From contig NMRA01000116.1 of assembly GCA_002633005.1 (NCBI GenBank), positions 504,521 through 568,520 of the forward strand: a stretch of 64,000 nt of DNA, read 5' to 3'. Made by a program: the position numbers and the translations under genes. This DNA comes from Phoronis australis. Its lineage: Eukaryota; Animalia; Phoronida. Of the stretch, positions 38,201-53,200 are shown in pieces (position 1 is the stretch's first letter; each line of letters opens with the position of its first letter). Under the pieces are notes generated by a model. The model searched no databases. It worked only from the letters and a program-made list of their open reading frames with translations, and was not told the DNA's origin.

Positions 38201-41200
38201 TTTGATTTAGACCACTTACTGTATTGAAACTGGTCTCAACCGGTTCCACACTCAAAGGAGACGAAACTTCTGGGCTTCAAAAAACTTACCATTGATTACT
38301 GCTTGAGAAAAGACACAGTATGGTCTCACACTGCAGGTCACTTTATGTGATAAGCATGGTCTCAAACAAGTCTTCCAGAGGTCAGATATCCCCTCTTGTC
38401 TAGTATGTAAATATATACCTGAGGCCAGTTTGATGACAGTTTGTGGTCTAAGTCAAAGTTAGTTTTTTTGATGCAAGATGGGTTCATACCAGTGTTAAGG
38501 TAACAGCTTCCAGACGAGTGTTAGCAATTATCACTATTTTCCAACCCATGAAACCTAATATTTTTAAAATCCTTGATGATCACAAACTATTGCCTACACA
38601 AAATAATGCTTAGATCTCTGCAGTCACAGAATAAAGTATTAGAATTTCTGGGCAAGTTTCCTCCAAAAAGTTTCCACCAGCAGTAATTATGGCTACGCCT
38701 ACAAAAAAACATTTGTTTTTGAAAAATCTGGGTTACACTAATACAAACCAATGAGAATGATTTTTGTAGTGTACACGTTATATTTCTGTAACCATCAAGG
38801 ATTTCGTATTCATGATTTAAAAACCAATTTTTTAAAAACCCAGTATTTAAAAATCCAATCCTTCATGACTAAGTTATGCAGTACAATAACATATTCGACT
38901 CAAAAATCCTAATCATCCAATTGTGTTTTCAGGATATCCAAAATCTCAAGGTTCACCTCATAAGGACCTCCTCCCTACCCAGTAACCATGGATATCACAA
39001 CCCTCTTGCTCATTATCAACTTGTTTTAATCAATGAAGTTACCTCCCCTGAGCAGGTCTAACATTTATTGCCCAACAATTCGTTACTTGTCCTAAGAATC
39101 AACTACTTGCCCCACAAACCAGCAATTATTGGGCGTAACATACCTCTCCTCATAACCTAACTCAGTGGCAAGCATCAGCCTCCTCATTCAACATTTTTTT
39201 GTATACATTGGACATAATTCACTGTAGTCGTTATGTCTTGAATTGGTTTCTTTGAAATTTAGAAGAGCCTTTTTGCACACTTACTGTATCATATCGGAGT
39301 GCTTGAACTAACTGAGGAATGTAAAACAAGAGAGCATCCTGAAAAGAAAAGAAAACCTTGTGACAGAAGCAGTGGTCTGGTAGTTTTCAAAATAACAGAG
39401 ACGGAGTAACGTGACTGCATCAAGCATTGTCATATATTCTACATTCATGTGGTGAAACCTTCGAGTCAATTTATCACCACCTGCAAAAGGTCGACGATCA
39501 ACACCTAGTAATAAGCCATTTGCTTTGTCTATGTACACACTTGATGACTGTGTCACCAAAATATAACTTGATCAACACTCAACTGACTGCATCTGCAAGA
39601 AAACATTTGTCTATAAATAAGTGACAATACAACAGATGGCATAATAGAAAAAACAATTTAAAGGGGCTTCCGCTTCACTATTTCAACTCGTAGTGTACTT
39701 ACAGGAGGGTAACTCTTAAGGACGCGTACAGCAAACTGTGCCGTGAGTGGATGAGGGGGGAACATCCGAGAGAAGTAGGAGAGTGCAACCACAGGAGGCA
39801 CAGATGACCAGGTGAGAACTTGGGCCAGCTGAAAAGTAATTTGGAGACACAGGTGAAAACAGGTAGGTCTTGAAAAAGTTACATATTAAATACAGTCGTT
39901 ATAGAAATGCCTTGTTTGTACTCGGGTATTATGTGTGACTGAGTCACAATGGACTTAAGAATCCTTTTGTTAAGAAATGGTTATGTTGTTAAATGAAACC
40001 AGCGAGTTGGGAAATGTTGTTCATGTTTACAAACACTCAGGTAAAAATTTAAAGCAACTTCAAAAGGGATCAGTATAATCATGTGTTTGTCATTAGTCTT
40101 CATACAAGACATATCTTGGTTGCATCACGTGACCTATAGTTACTTCAAGTCTGAAAATATCTCTGCCCCGAGCCGGGTGTTAACCCAGGACCTTGTTAAG
40201 ATGATAATTTTTACTTGTGTACAATATCAACATGCTGAATTATAGCAACAAAATTATAACTAAAAGATTGTTAACCATCTGTTGATACTAATGACTCAAT
40301 AGTAGACACCAGAGGTCTGTTTCATGGAAAGTGACTAAGGCTTAAGACAGAAAATGTGGTCTTATGTTCCACATAACTATTTCTGAAAAAGAATTCAAAC
40401 CCACTTTTAAATTAGCAAAAAAATATGGAACCTGAGAATATAATCATTAATAACTGAGAAAACTTGTACAAATCATGTCCAGGCAGTGTTTTGGTGATAA
40501 TAATTACACGACTAATCCTGTGTTTGTGAAGAGAGTGCGTAAGACTACAAAACATATTCCAACAACATGGAGCAGACGACAGTACCTCTGGTGCGTCTGC
40601 TTCTACGATACTTTCTGTGACAAGATGGTGAATGGCTTGAGGAATGTGGCTGACAACACCAGGATTGAGTCGAACAAGTCGGGTCACCTCCCTAACAAGG
40701 GCCTCTGAACTCTTGAACCTGAAACATTGAGCAATTTGCTGAATTTTTACTTCCAACAATGACTATTTTGGTCAACATGTTGCTCAAAACTTATCAGTTG
40801 GAGTTCATAACATTTTCTGAATATTTAGAGCAACTGATTTGATAAGAATCTTAACTGGCAGAAACAGTGGAATGGTGAGGGATCTCCTTCCAGAACTCCT
40901 TGTCTACTAGCACAAATACAGCAGCTTCAATGCATTCTATGCCATCCACACTTTTGTTACACAAATGTTTTCTCATACATACCTCATAGGCAGGAAGACT
41001 GTCAACGTAAGTGACAGGTCTCGGGCTAGAAGTGTCATTTCTCTGCACTGTTTCTCAAACATACCTCATAGGCAAGAAGACAGTCAAAGTGGGTGAGAGG
41101 TCCCAGGCCAGCCGTGCCATTTCTCTGTACTGTTTCTCATACACTGGTTGCGTCCTCCAAGCGCTGATTGTGTCCTCACCCTCAACATTACGGTCCAGCA

Positions 41201-44200
41201 GTGCCATTGGGTTATACCAGGCAGTCAGACGCTCAAACTCGTTTGCCTTGAACAGATATACAGTGGCTATTAGTAAATGAACAAAGAAAGAAAACATTCT
41301 GACACTGAGATCAGCATTTCCAAACCATTCACTGCAAGCTCTCAATGTATTTTTTCAAAGATTCTTGCAGTACTTTTAATCTGTTATATTCATTCACTTA
41401 TCTGTAAGGCTCTTCTCCAAATCCCCCATTTTGTAACCCGTAATCAAAGAATCAGGTAATGCTATTTGACCTTCAAACATGTAGACTATCATATATGATA
41501 TGTCACTGGAGTTTTCTACACTCAAGCCCAAAGTGTATATTCCTAAAATAGCATTTTAAGGAAACCGAAAGTCAAATGAGAAAAATTTTGCATTGTTTTT
41601 CAACCCTAGGCATATTTTCTGAGTTTTTGCATATCTGCATAAAAGGCACATTTCAAACAGAGTATTAAAAAGTGCAAATATTAGACAATGCGGTAGTGTC
41701 CTTATATTTAGCTTACCAGCCACTTAATGAACAGGAATAAATAACAAATAATTGAACGGCTACAATAAATCTAAGACATACTCACCAGGAGGGAGAGAAT
41801 GAGGACCCTACGTTTGATGTAATCCTTAAGGTACGTGTTGTTGGTCACCATACCTTTCTTACCTGTGCCTGAAATGACACAAACAACTTACAAAGCATGT
41901 AAACAAACTTAAGGTTTATTTAAAGTACACCATTCAGAACTGAACACTCAACAAAATACATTAGACCCTAACACTGAAATATACTACTTGGTTTTGAACA
42001 CTCACATTTATGAATTAGACCCTAATACTGAAATACAATACTTAGAGTTGAACACTTGTTAGTTCCTAACAGTGGACAACAAGGTAATACAAACAATACA
42101 AGGTTTTAACCCTAAAAATAACCATCATGAAAATCGGTTGCTTACAAACCAGTTCTTGAAAGCTAATCAGCAATGAACACTTATTAAAGGAAATTTGGTT
42201 AAAATATTTTTCACTTTTAACAAAAATTTGATTTTATTTGAAGCATTAACCGCACAGTAGCTTTACCCGATGATCGCTTGGAGTAGGTCGACATATTGGT
42301 AGCAAGGGGCACCAAAGTAGTGTAACCTTGGGACTGGGTACGCTTGCTGAGATCAGCGCTCATTGATCGATACTCCTGTACAGGTGACGTGGCGAATGAG
42401 CCACGTGAAGTGATTTCAACGCCAGAATCAGCGACTAGAACAAAATGACAAAATGTTAGGTTAAAGGTCAACGCTGAACAAAACAAAACAAGAGGTGCAG
42501 CAAGTTAGTGGCACTTGTTGGATAACTAAAACAACGACGCTTACTGAACAATTCTTTGCCGGAGAATTTCTTTTCCAGTTTAGTATAATCTGTAGTGCAA
42601 AACGTTATTGACATAATTTTAGAGTAAAATGTATAACTCAGACATCTAGTAATAACTGAAAGTGTGCAAGAACAAAAGATTGTACTTAAACTTTGTGATA
42701 TTATGGTCATCCATTCTCCTGGGACTGAACAGCCCCTCCTAAACCTTGCACACTAACATTCAGTGACGAAAAGCATGCTTGTAAAGAAATATTTGGACAT
42801 TCTGTAAATTTCCCAGGATCAATAGTAGCAAGATGAAATTACCAGGAAGGGACGGCTATTTTGGACATTTTAAAAGTCACATTTTCAAAAATGAGATGTA
42901 AAAACAAATTGTTTAAGTCGTCAGCAATCCATGACATTGATTTGGTTCTTGCATATTACATAACAGTTGTGCTGACATGCTTTGAATATGGCATGTCTTA
43001 ACTTTACAAAAGACCCATGCATAAACTTTGTGAACTGTGACCTCATAAATTATGGTTCTCTCATTGGTCATTTCTTCATAAACCCATTCCCGACTTATAG
43101 TCTACATTGCACAGTTGTCACAGAAAAGAGGCGTTTCATCAATACCATCTTTTGAATAAGTTACAGACTCACCTGAAATACTATATTATGTGTACCATAA
43201 TTTAATAATAACATTAGGGACAAACAAACTGACATCCATTTCAGAAACTCCAGTAAAATAATAAAACTATATTTGACCACAGCGCCATCCATATATCAAC
43301 GGCATACCAGTCCTGGACACTGATGTGTATTAGAATTTCAGAAAGCACGCATTGAAGTCAACATTTTCAATGCATAATTAGGTCACTATTTAAACAAAGA
43401 AACTGATCCCATTCTGTGGTCAAAGGTCAACTCTTTCCAATCTTATGGTATTAATTATTTCCTTCTCAGTCAAACAGTATTTTTTCAGAAATATACCAGA
43501 ACACCCCATTGTTTAGCCACTCGACACTTCCTGGTAATGCCTCTCAAGTAGTAGGAATGCATACCACCAACATTTAGAGTAACTGTTATATTTAACATTA
43601 GGTATACAACACTCAATGGTATGTAGCATAATCCAATAGTTGTGGAAAGACATTCATATAAAGAGATCAAGTTTGAGTCTAATACTGGAATAAAAACTTA
43701 CAAAAAATTAGCGACGTTTCGTCCGCATCTGACGGACTTCAGCTTGGTTTGTGACGTTATCGTTATTCTGGCCAATTGGTGGCGTTTTGGCCAGACAGCG
43801 CGGCATTGACGTCAGAACACCATCCCATACGTGTGACAAATCGAATCTTAAACCGCCTTTTTTATTTAAAGAAGGACTGTCTCTCAATGCGCTGATGGAG
43901 AGCTTCGTTTACATCCTTCTGAACCAGTCTTTTTTGTAAGTTTCTATTCCAGTATTAGACTCAAACTTGATCTGTTTTCTCATTACAACTGAATGTCTCA
44001 AAATTTTCATGCTTTTACATTCATTTAAAACAGGACATGTCAAGTGCAGAATTCAGAAATGGCACGGAAAATCTTCTCTTGCGTGAAATGTACACTCACG
44101 CCAAGGCCTCGGGTTACTTCTAAAACGGCACTTAATCCGTGATTTCCTTTAACACATTCTGGTCCCGTTACTTACATGCACAATTTAAACTCTGTCCTAC

Positions 44201-47200
44201 CACGCACGACTGTGAAGCTAGTGTACTGTTTTGACTTAACTAAAACTTTGTTATTATAATAAAAAATTTTAATACCTGAGATAGCACCTCAAAACTAATC
44301 TGTTTAAAAATTCTAACCAAAATTCATAATTTTTTTTTATATATTTTCTATGAATTTGCAAACACAATCAAAAACAAATTATCAGGAGTGACATTGAATA
44401 CTTCTCTCGTATGTGCAGACTTCTACCAATATTTTACACTTACCAAGGTAGTCACTCTGTTCTATCCTTTGAATGTACCGTATTCCCCCTAACAAGCGCC
44501 TATACCCCTATAAGCGCCCCCCACGCGTTTCCAGACTTTGCTAAAATAAACGCCCAGCCCATGAACGTGTATACATGCAAAAAATGCCTTACCTACAGTT
44601 CTAAAATTCTACTGTATTAATGTCTTCAATTTATCAAAAATATCCGACAGTCCTGCAAACATCATTGTGAGCGTAATTTCTAGACCACGGGCCTCGCCGC
44701 TATGTCAGTATTTAGCTGTGTATAAACTATACAGTTCAACTTCCACAGTGCTTCAAAAAGAACGGAAAAATTTTGCTGATCTTGCGAGGAACATGTCCCA
44801 CTATGGTCAGGCCATTCAGAACAGATGCAGCGTACTTGTCAAAGGGACTGTATTGTACTTTTCCCATACAGATCTTCTCCTCAACAAGAAACCAGATTTT
44901 TTTGTACTACACATGAAAATCGCGAATAGAAAACTAATAAAAAAAATTTGACCAGTGTTAAAAGCACGCTACATGCATGTAGGCAATGAGATAAATATAG
45001 CTCATTGCGTGTAGGCCTGCTTCTCTGGCTAATAAACTCTGATGACACGCACGCGCTCGCTCACATGGCACACACACACACAGACAAACTTCAAAACAAA
45101 CATCACGTGACAACAACATGTGTGTTTGTCCAGATTTTTGTCATGTTACAGGGTGCGATCTAGCGCAGATTTGGACTTATTCTGCGGTTAATCCTGACTG
45201 AACAGGAACTTAAAAATCTTAGGGACACTATTTGGAAAACTTAAGGAGGATTTCAGGTAATTTGTTGAGTTGAAATTGTATTTTTATTCAAGAATTCTCA
45301 AGTTGCCCTAAGGATGATCGCGAGGCAGCGACGCATCAGTCGGCGAGTTTTCGCCTTGGGATTTCAGCACAATTTTCTGAAAAAGGATCGTAATTTAACA
45401 ATGAAGTTTGATAGCAATGCACCAAAATTTTGTGGAAAGTCTGTCACAGATTACAGATACGTTGCAGAGCGTAAATTTGACAAATCCTAGCTTCCAATTT
45501 CACCCGTTGCTTACTCCCGCGCTTATTAAGGCGAATGGGGCATTCTGTTTTCTTTTTTTAACACTTCTTTCTGTTTCATTTTTTCCTTCATTCTACATGC
45601 ACAAGGACTACCATGTATAATGTCATCAGTTTCCTTTGTTTGTTGTTTTGACTTATGCTGGGATCAGTCACCAAAACTAATATGTACTTTGAAAATTTCA
45701 CCAAAATCCACTTCAAACCTATTTTTGTGAAAAACTGTTCATGCACAAAAACAAAAATATAACACCGCTTACTTAATGAAAATTAACACGATTATTATTT
45801 CACAAATAACGACAATTCTTGCAATTTGTAGCTGTTGGTGTTCCCGAAATTCCATAAAAAAGTGAACGCAGTCTCCAGTCATCCCTTATACCAAAAGCAA
45901 TATGCACCTCCCAGTGCAAACATGCGTCCACACATCCACACTGAGGAAAATGTGGCAGTGACATAACAGATGAACCGTGTGCTTGCAAGCATGTATTTCT
46001 AACAAATACGCTGTAATGCATAGTGTATACAACAAAGGCAAAAGTTGTTGAAATAGTGACTGCTGTTATTACTGCTTAGTTTTAGAGACAGTCAATCTAA
46101 TTGACCTAGATCTATGATTTTGAGTGACGGCTTAACTGACCAATCAAAATGCTGCATTCTTGACACACCTTTGTTTCCAAGCTGCCATTTTCCTCAACAA
46201 ACAACACATTGTCGGGTAAAACATATTGTTTGGTTGTCGGGTATAATGTGACTTAGCGCTAATATATCCTAGATGCCCACCCCAGATTTACTGCAATTTT
46301 ATCCATGTTCAGTTACACAGCCAATTCAAATAATATAGCTGGGTCTTCAATTCCTTTCAAAACCCCCATTTCAGTGTGAATGCCACTCAATGGAGAATTT
46401 CAACTCCTCAAATATACATAACTATACAATACACTCATCAATGAGTCACAAACAGTTTCGTTTGACGCATGCGAATTGGCTTACAAAACTGGAAATCTCA
46501 AACCCATGGTTAAAAACTTGCCCTTGTTTTATCAAAAGCACCAGTTTTAAACCTCCATGGTTCCAGACCTAATGCAAATCCCCTGATTTTAAAATCGCTC
46601 AATTTCAACGCAGTAGTCAAATACAGTGAGAGCAACATAACATAAAACTCTACTTTTCGCAGTCGTAATTTCAACAAATTTTACCTTGAATTCACGAGGT
46701 AGCCCAGACCAACAATTCCCCAAACAATCAAGAAAAAAGTCATGCAAATTAGGAGATATCAATAAATTTGAAACCAACTGTAATGCAGATAATTACCATG
46801 GTGATGGAAATATGGTAGGTGAAAAATTGTAGATGAAGACATCTTCTTAACAACTGGATCTTTACAGCAAAAAAGATTATATTTTAATTGTAATATTATG
46901 CAATCACCAAAATACAGATGTAACAAATTCTGTATGTTTCAACAGTTTTATAATCATCAAACAACACGTACGATGACGCTACTGAAGGTTGGGAGACAAG
47001 ACTGTTGAAAACAAAATAGAGGATTTTGGTTAGGAATTTTTAAGAAGCGTACAATTATTATTATGTGTGAGACAAAGATCTTGATATCCTAAAACTGCAC
47101 AGTAGCAGTCATACTTTAATAAAAATAAATCTGATATTATTAAACACAGCCTACTGTAGGTTAGTCACCCAACAAGTAATGTATTGGCCTTATCTATGTA

Positions 47201-50200
47201 AGTCTTCAAAATTTACTAACTGCCCAAACCTCTGGGCTTAGGCAACTTGTCTTTTCATATTCCAGAACCACAACATTCACGTGGCTAGTTACACTACAAA
47301 ACCTTATTTGAATATCATTGTTATACCCTATCTTTTTCAGTCCAGGTTCACGGTCAAAGGAAGACTATCCCAAAAAAGCTCTCAAAACTTGAGAAGTGTC
47401 TGTAGTAAAGAAAGAAAAATGTTCCATCAAAAGCAGAAATCTTTAACTTAAAGCAGTGTGGCAAAGATTCCTTAGACGGTTGCTTTAAGTAGGGACACTG
47501 AAGTGTCAAAAGGGTGAAAACAGAAAAACAGAATTAAAATGAAGACACCACTCAAATTCAAGGCAGCTATTAAATTAACATTTTTATAATCAGCAATCGA
47601 CATACACCTGAATGTAAGTGTTTAGGAAAATAGCTTTGGCTTTTTAAAAAAGGTTTTTCACTTTACTGAGGAAACTTTAACTTGGATGCACTACATACCG
47701 GCCAGAAACATGTTTGTTGTCTTGATGTATTTCTTGTCAGAATGCATGCTGAGCCAGAACTTGGACAGAGTGACAATGTCGTTGTGCAGGTCGGCACCCC
47801 GCTGAGTGGGACACCTAGGGGCAGCACTGCAGTAAGACAAGGGTGGACATGGTTAATGGTAAGAATCACATGCCAAAATACATACTACTGTAGATAGCCT
47901 CAACTTATCCAGGATTCAAGGAGTGTTTCGAAAAAAAGCACAATTCACCACAATTTTATTAGTCTCAATTTTATACTGTGCAGAGTCAAAATGTCCTTTC
48001 AAGAATCCCAACTGTAATAAAATTCACTCATTCTACAACATGGGGTTTTGATCAAGCACATGCAAACTTGTCTGTAGTCACTGCGGTATCTCACCTGAAG
48101 TAGTCCAGTATGGTAGCATAGACGCGTTCCCTCAACACTGTCTTGGCTGTGCCATGTGGCAAGGTGTCACCTTGGAGGAAGGACAGCCCCATACCCAGCA
48201 ACCTGAAACATATGGGAGAACGGATAACAACATGGACTGAGGTGTTAATGGGGTAAAACCACTCCCAGGAAGCAAGCTGGACAAAGTCATTACAGTTTGA
48301 TACTAAAACTATTTTTCGGTGCCCAAACTGCAGAGTATTTTTGTAAACATATTAAGCACACCATATAACTGAATACAAGCTATGACTAGTGATTACAGGC
48401 ACCAAATGTAAAACACGCAACAATAGATAATTATATTTTTATTTCCGTATCACCTTGTGTGATCAATATAAAAAATGTTACACTTGTTTCTATAAATTTT
48501 ACACTGCTCATGTTTAAGTTATTTAGCAAACCATTTAAATGTTCAATTATACCAAATAACTCCTCGAAAATGTAATATTTACAACGAGGGTAGCCCCATC
48601 AGTTCAGTGCTTTCCACAAGATGTGCCTAATTACAGAAATTCTCCATCTTGGTAAAACCTTACTGTAGTCTAGGTCCTAGGGCTGCCACATGTCGGGACA
48701 TTATAGGGTTGGGCTTGCCGATGTTGATGGAGAGTGTTTTGTGAAGAAGATGCAGAAATATCTCAGACTGTTCTTGGCTGCAGTACTTGGCGTTCTCCAT
48801 TCGCTCGGACAGGAACTGAAACAAATAACATGATTAGCAGTACCAAATCAGCAACCTTTAGTTCATGTGGTCTTAAATTTACTAAAAATATTTCTAGTGC
48901 AGCTTTAAACTTTCAAGAATTATTTTGCTTCTTCCAATATAAGAATGAACTGTGTTTCAGACAAATTTGTCCACTGCATTTCCTGGTGTTCTCGTGAGAC
49001 TTGAACTCTCAACCTTTTGAATGTGAGCAACGTGGTGTAGCCTTAACTACTGCCTTCCTTGCTATAGAGTTGACGAATGAAAAACAAATGACGACATGTC
49101 TATTTTGCTTTCAAGTCCTGATAAAAGAAGGTCAGACAAATACAATAATGTCAATATCAAGTAGACGGTTGGGAAAGATAGGCAAGTTAGATATGGGTTT
49201 TGGGGATTCAGCCAAAAGTTATTACGACTTGCACTCCATAAGTCATGGTATTATCATTTCATTCTGGGTTGTGCTATTCAAAATCTAAAGAGGATAATTT
49301 AACAATTACCTTGTTCTTAGCCAGGTCCATAAACCCTCTATTGAGTTGTGTTTAGTCACAGTCCAACTGGGACACTTGTACGACTAAGAGCACAGTTATC
49401 AAAGAAGTCCTTTCAATGAAGTTGCATATCAATTTCAAAAGGCCTACTGTGTGTGTAAACGAAACCCATGCTTTACAACACTCTGCAAAATTCTAAGGCA
49501 CTATGCAGACTAGTTACCCCCTCCGAGCAAAAATGTTATCATATTGCAACAGAATGCCAAGTACTCACCTTAGACCATATGTGATGAGGTCCAACCTTGG
49601 GAGGCTTGGGTTCTGGCACATTATTTTCTGAGGCTGACAGAGGATTGACTTCTTCCACATGCTTGGAGAACATGCCCAGGCGGAGGTCAATAGTCTTCTG
49701 CCACACTGCTGCCATCTCTTGGAGAAACTATTATGGATCATACAAGAACCGGTTTGATGCCTGTTATTGAGTGGAGAAAACTGGTTCTCAAAATTCAGGC
49801 ACTTAGAATTAATACAGTCAAAGATTTTTTTTGAAACTTACATAAAAAGGTGAAATAAAATGACAGATAAATAAATGCTAAATACTGTGCTCAGTTGCTT
49901 AACAGATCAACATAGACCTGGGTATTATACCTGTATTTGTAAGTCGAGTCGAGCCGACAACAGCCATTCCCAGCATGCCACTATCGTTTCCATGGCTTCC
50001 TCTGTAAACATCATGACTGGAGCCCAGCATAAACAGTGGAGCAGCTGGCGTGTTAGACCTGACGTAGACAACATAACACTTGTTATAAACACAAACTTAA
50101 TTGGCTGTTCTGCTATTCATGAAACATGTATGGGGTAAAAATAAGAGAGAGCAGAAAAGTCAATCTGCATTTATTTATTATTCATAGAATTTTCCAACAT

Positions 50201-53200
50201 TTTACAATCATTGAAAGAGTTGGCTGCTAAGACCACCATCTTGAATCTAGTTGTGACATAACATAAGAGGTTACTAGAAATTTTAGTTCTTTCTATTCTG
50301 TCTTTGATAAAAACTTCATAAAACAAGTTGCAACACAAACCAACCAACAAAAAACAGCTTTATCAATAATGATCTTTCAACACTGGACAGTAATGGCTGT
50401 GCACATTTTTAAAATGGAATACTAAAACGAGTTAAACGCAACATCTGGGGTGAAATGGCAAATAATATCAAAATGCTACAATGTTTTGGTTGCAGAATCT
50501 GTCGTCTGAAATTATAATGATGCATATATGTGGGCTAAATTGTCTTTAAAGTGTTATAATCTTTTGATTGGAATCTCTGTTGTTTGAACAGTGGTTACCT
50601 GTGAGAGTATATAATACACACTTTGAACAGTGGTTACCAGTGAGAGTATATAGTACACACTTTGAACAGTGGTTACCAATGAAACTAGTATAGTACACAC
50701 TTTGAACAGTGGTTACCAGAATAACGATGCTGTACGTTTATTCATACTCCAGGTCATCGGCCCACTGTACTATACAACACTTTGAACAGTGGTTACCAGA
50801 ATACAACACTCTGAACAATGGTTAACAATAATACTTACCCTTTTCCTCCAGCCCTAGTGTGACTAGAACAGCACACACTCTGAACAGTGACTGTTGGAAC
50901 TCTTCAGTGTTCTTCTTCAAAGACATTTCCTCAGTTTCCTCACATACCATAGTCACCAACTTCTCTGTGTTCTTTTTGAAAGCCAGCTTCATACCATAAA
51001 TCTGAAACACAACACTCGATAAGCTCATGACTCCAACAAACAGTATTGTCACGTTTGAAGCCAAATTTCATTAATAACTATCAGATATCGCAATCTTGTT
51101 TCAAACACGCATTAGAAGCCTAACAGGCACACACTTCCTTGAGATTATTTCGACCCAAGTGAAGTTCATAAAAAGTGCACAAAATGCCATACCTGACCCA
51201 AATATTGGCTTCTAAGCATAAAATTGGTCATGAACGTAGAGCTGCCACTGACCGAATCAGACGTCTGCTTGTTGTTTAAGTTGCCCTATAAAAATATAGT
51301 AAATTAGCGTTACAATGCTATTAGACAGAAATTTCATTGTCTTTAATAATCCATGATAGTGACCTGTTCCATACAATGTGGTTACTGATTAAAACATAGA
51401 ACAAGAAATGTCTGCATTCACACAGAGTTATTGTGAGAGTCATGCCATTTTCTACCATCAAATTTTAAAGTTTACACTTAAGAAGCTGCTTTGAGACTAC
51501 CGTCAGTGGCTGTGAGCCTTTGTTGAAGCCAGCATAGTTGAGGACCCCCTGCGTGGCAGGTGCCAGGCCCGAGTGTAAGTCAATGCCTAAACCAGAGTTG
51601 GCAAAGTCTAGCAGGTACTGCATCAGATGTGACCGGGTTATGTTGGGGGCCCATTTCATGGCTTCTTGTAAGATGCGCACACAGTGGGCAGCGAAGTCAC
51701 TCACTGTACTCTGAAATGTATTTGCCAAATATAACCATCAAACATCTACAAACTCTGAAATACGGCTGGAAAATACAGAAATCAGACATCCGTACAACTC
51801 TGAAATATGGTTGGAGAAAATGCCAGAGCATGTCTCTAATGTTCATCAGAGTTTCTGTGTACTAACGATGGATGATTTCATGACAAAACCCTGGAAAGTA
51901 ACTGCAAATGTTAACCGCAGAAATTATCGACCTCCACATTGTGTTGCTGGGCTCCTCGTCACTGATGAAGACCTCAGAGAAAATTTCTGTGGTAAACATT
52001 CTTTACTTTCCAGGGTTTTACGATGAAATCATCAGCAATTATGCCAGAGCGTGGTTGATTATGTAACATAACACAACAAAACTCTTGAATCATAAACTAG
52101 CTCTCAGAAAGTGACACCGTGTAAGTGGCAGAACTGAGTTCAAGACACGACAAGTTGATGTCATTACCTGCCTGTCAGCCATGGTGTCTTGCACTCGTAG
52201 CCTGTGTGGTGTGTTAGGTATGGGAAGCTCAGGGGCCACACCATGAGCATCAGTCTTCAACGATTGGGAAAGAACTTGTAGTATGTCCAACATGGTCTTC
52301 AGTACTTTGGCATTCCACAGCAAATGAGGAAATCTATAGAAAAGGAAACACGCTAGTTGAAGAGAGGTCAACATTAGCTGTAAAACTTCTAGTCAGTAAT
52401 AAATGAGTAAAAAATAACATTAATATATTAATACAACTGCAAACATGTTTGGCAGCTCCACTGTTATTCTCAAAGCGAAGGAAACATGGCTGCCTGGTTG
52501 TTTCACAGTGTTCTGGATTCAACAAAAAATTGTCAGGAACTCAAGATCAAAGATGCCTTTTACATCACTAAACATGCTCCTGATCCTAACATCCAGATTA
52601 CTTATTACAGTATGTCACTGCAAATATAGGACTGTGATTCCAAATTGTGTAGTTAACCTTGCTTATGTAAGTTTTCTCAATTTATTGGCACCCTGGATTA
52701 GGGTTGCATATTTCTTTAACCTTGAGAACGATAGTGGAGCTGTTGAATTATGTTGGCAGTTATAAATAGTAGATATTATTTTCTTTACAGATTATCATTT
52801 GTTACAATCATTCAAGACAAAACTTCAAGTAAAAGAAAAAGCTATCTGCTTATTGGAAGATGCATTCTTTGTGTGTGTTACTCACTGACATATAATTTGT
52901 GGCTCATCTTGCTTATTGTACTTACCTGTCGACTAACTTGGACAGGTAGGTGTCAGCCACTCGCCTGATGCGCTTGTGTACGTGGTTGAACTTGACTAAT
53001 AAAAACTGAGCATGCGATTGGAGTACATTCTCTCTCTCCGCTGTTTTTGGCTAAAATGCATAAAAATTGGAATATAATAGTTTGCAGCATTGGATTTAGC
53101 TTAAACATCAAAACAGTATACAACCATTCACTTTAACTAGCTCAAGATCATTACTTGCAATTTACCTAGTATTGACATTTGATTAAAACTGTAAATTTCC

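Noticed and set aside
42435-47698. Nested gene in the long PI4KA intron
   Set aside because: Only short ORFs without recognisable domains; sequence is explained by repeat fragments.
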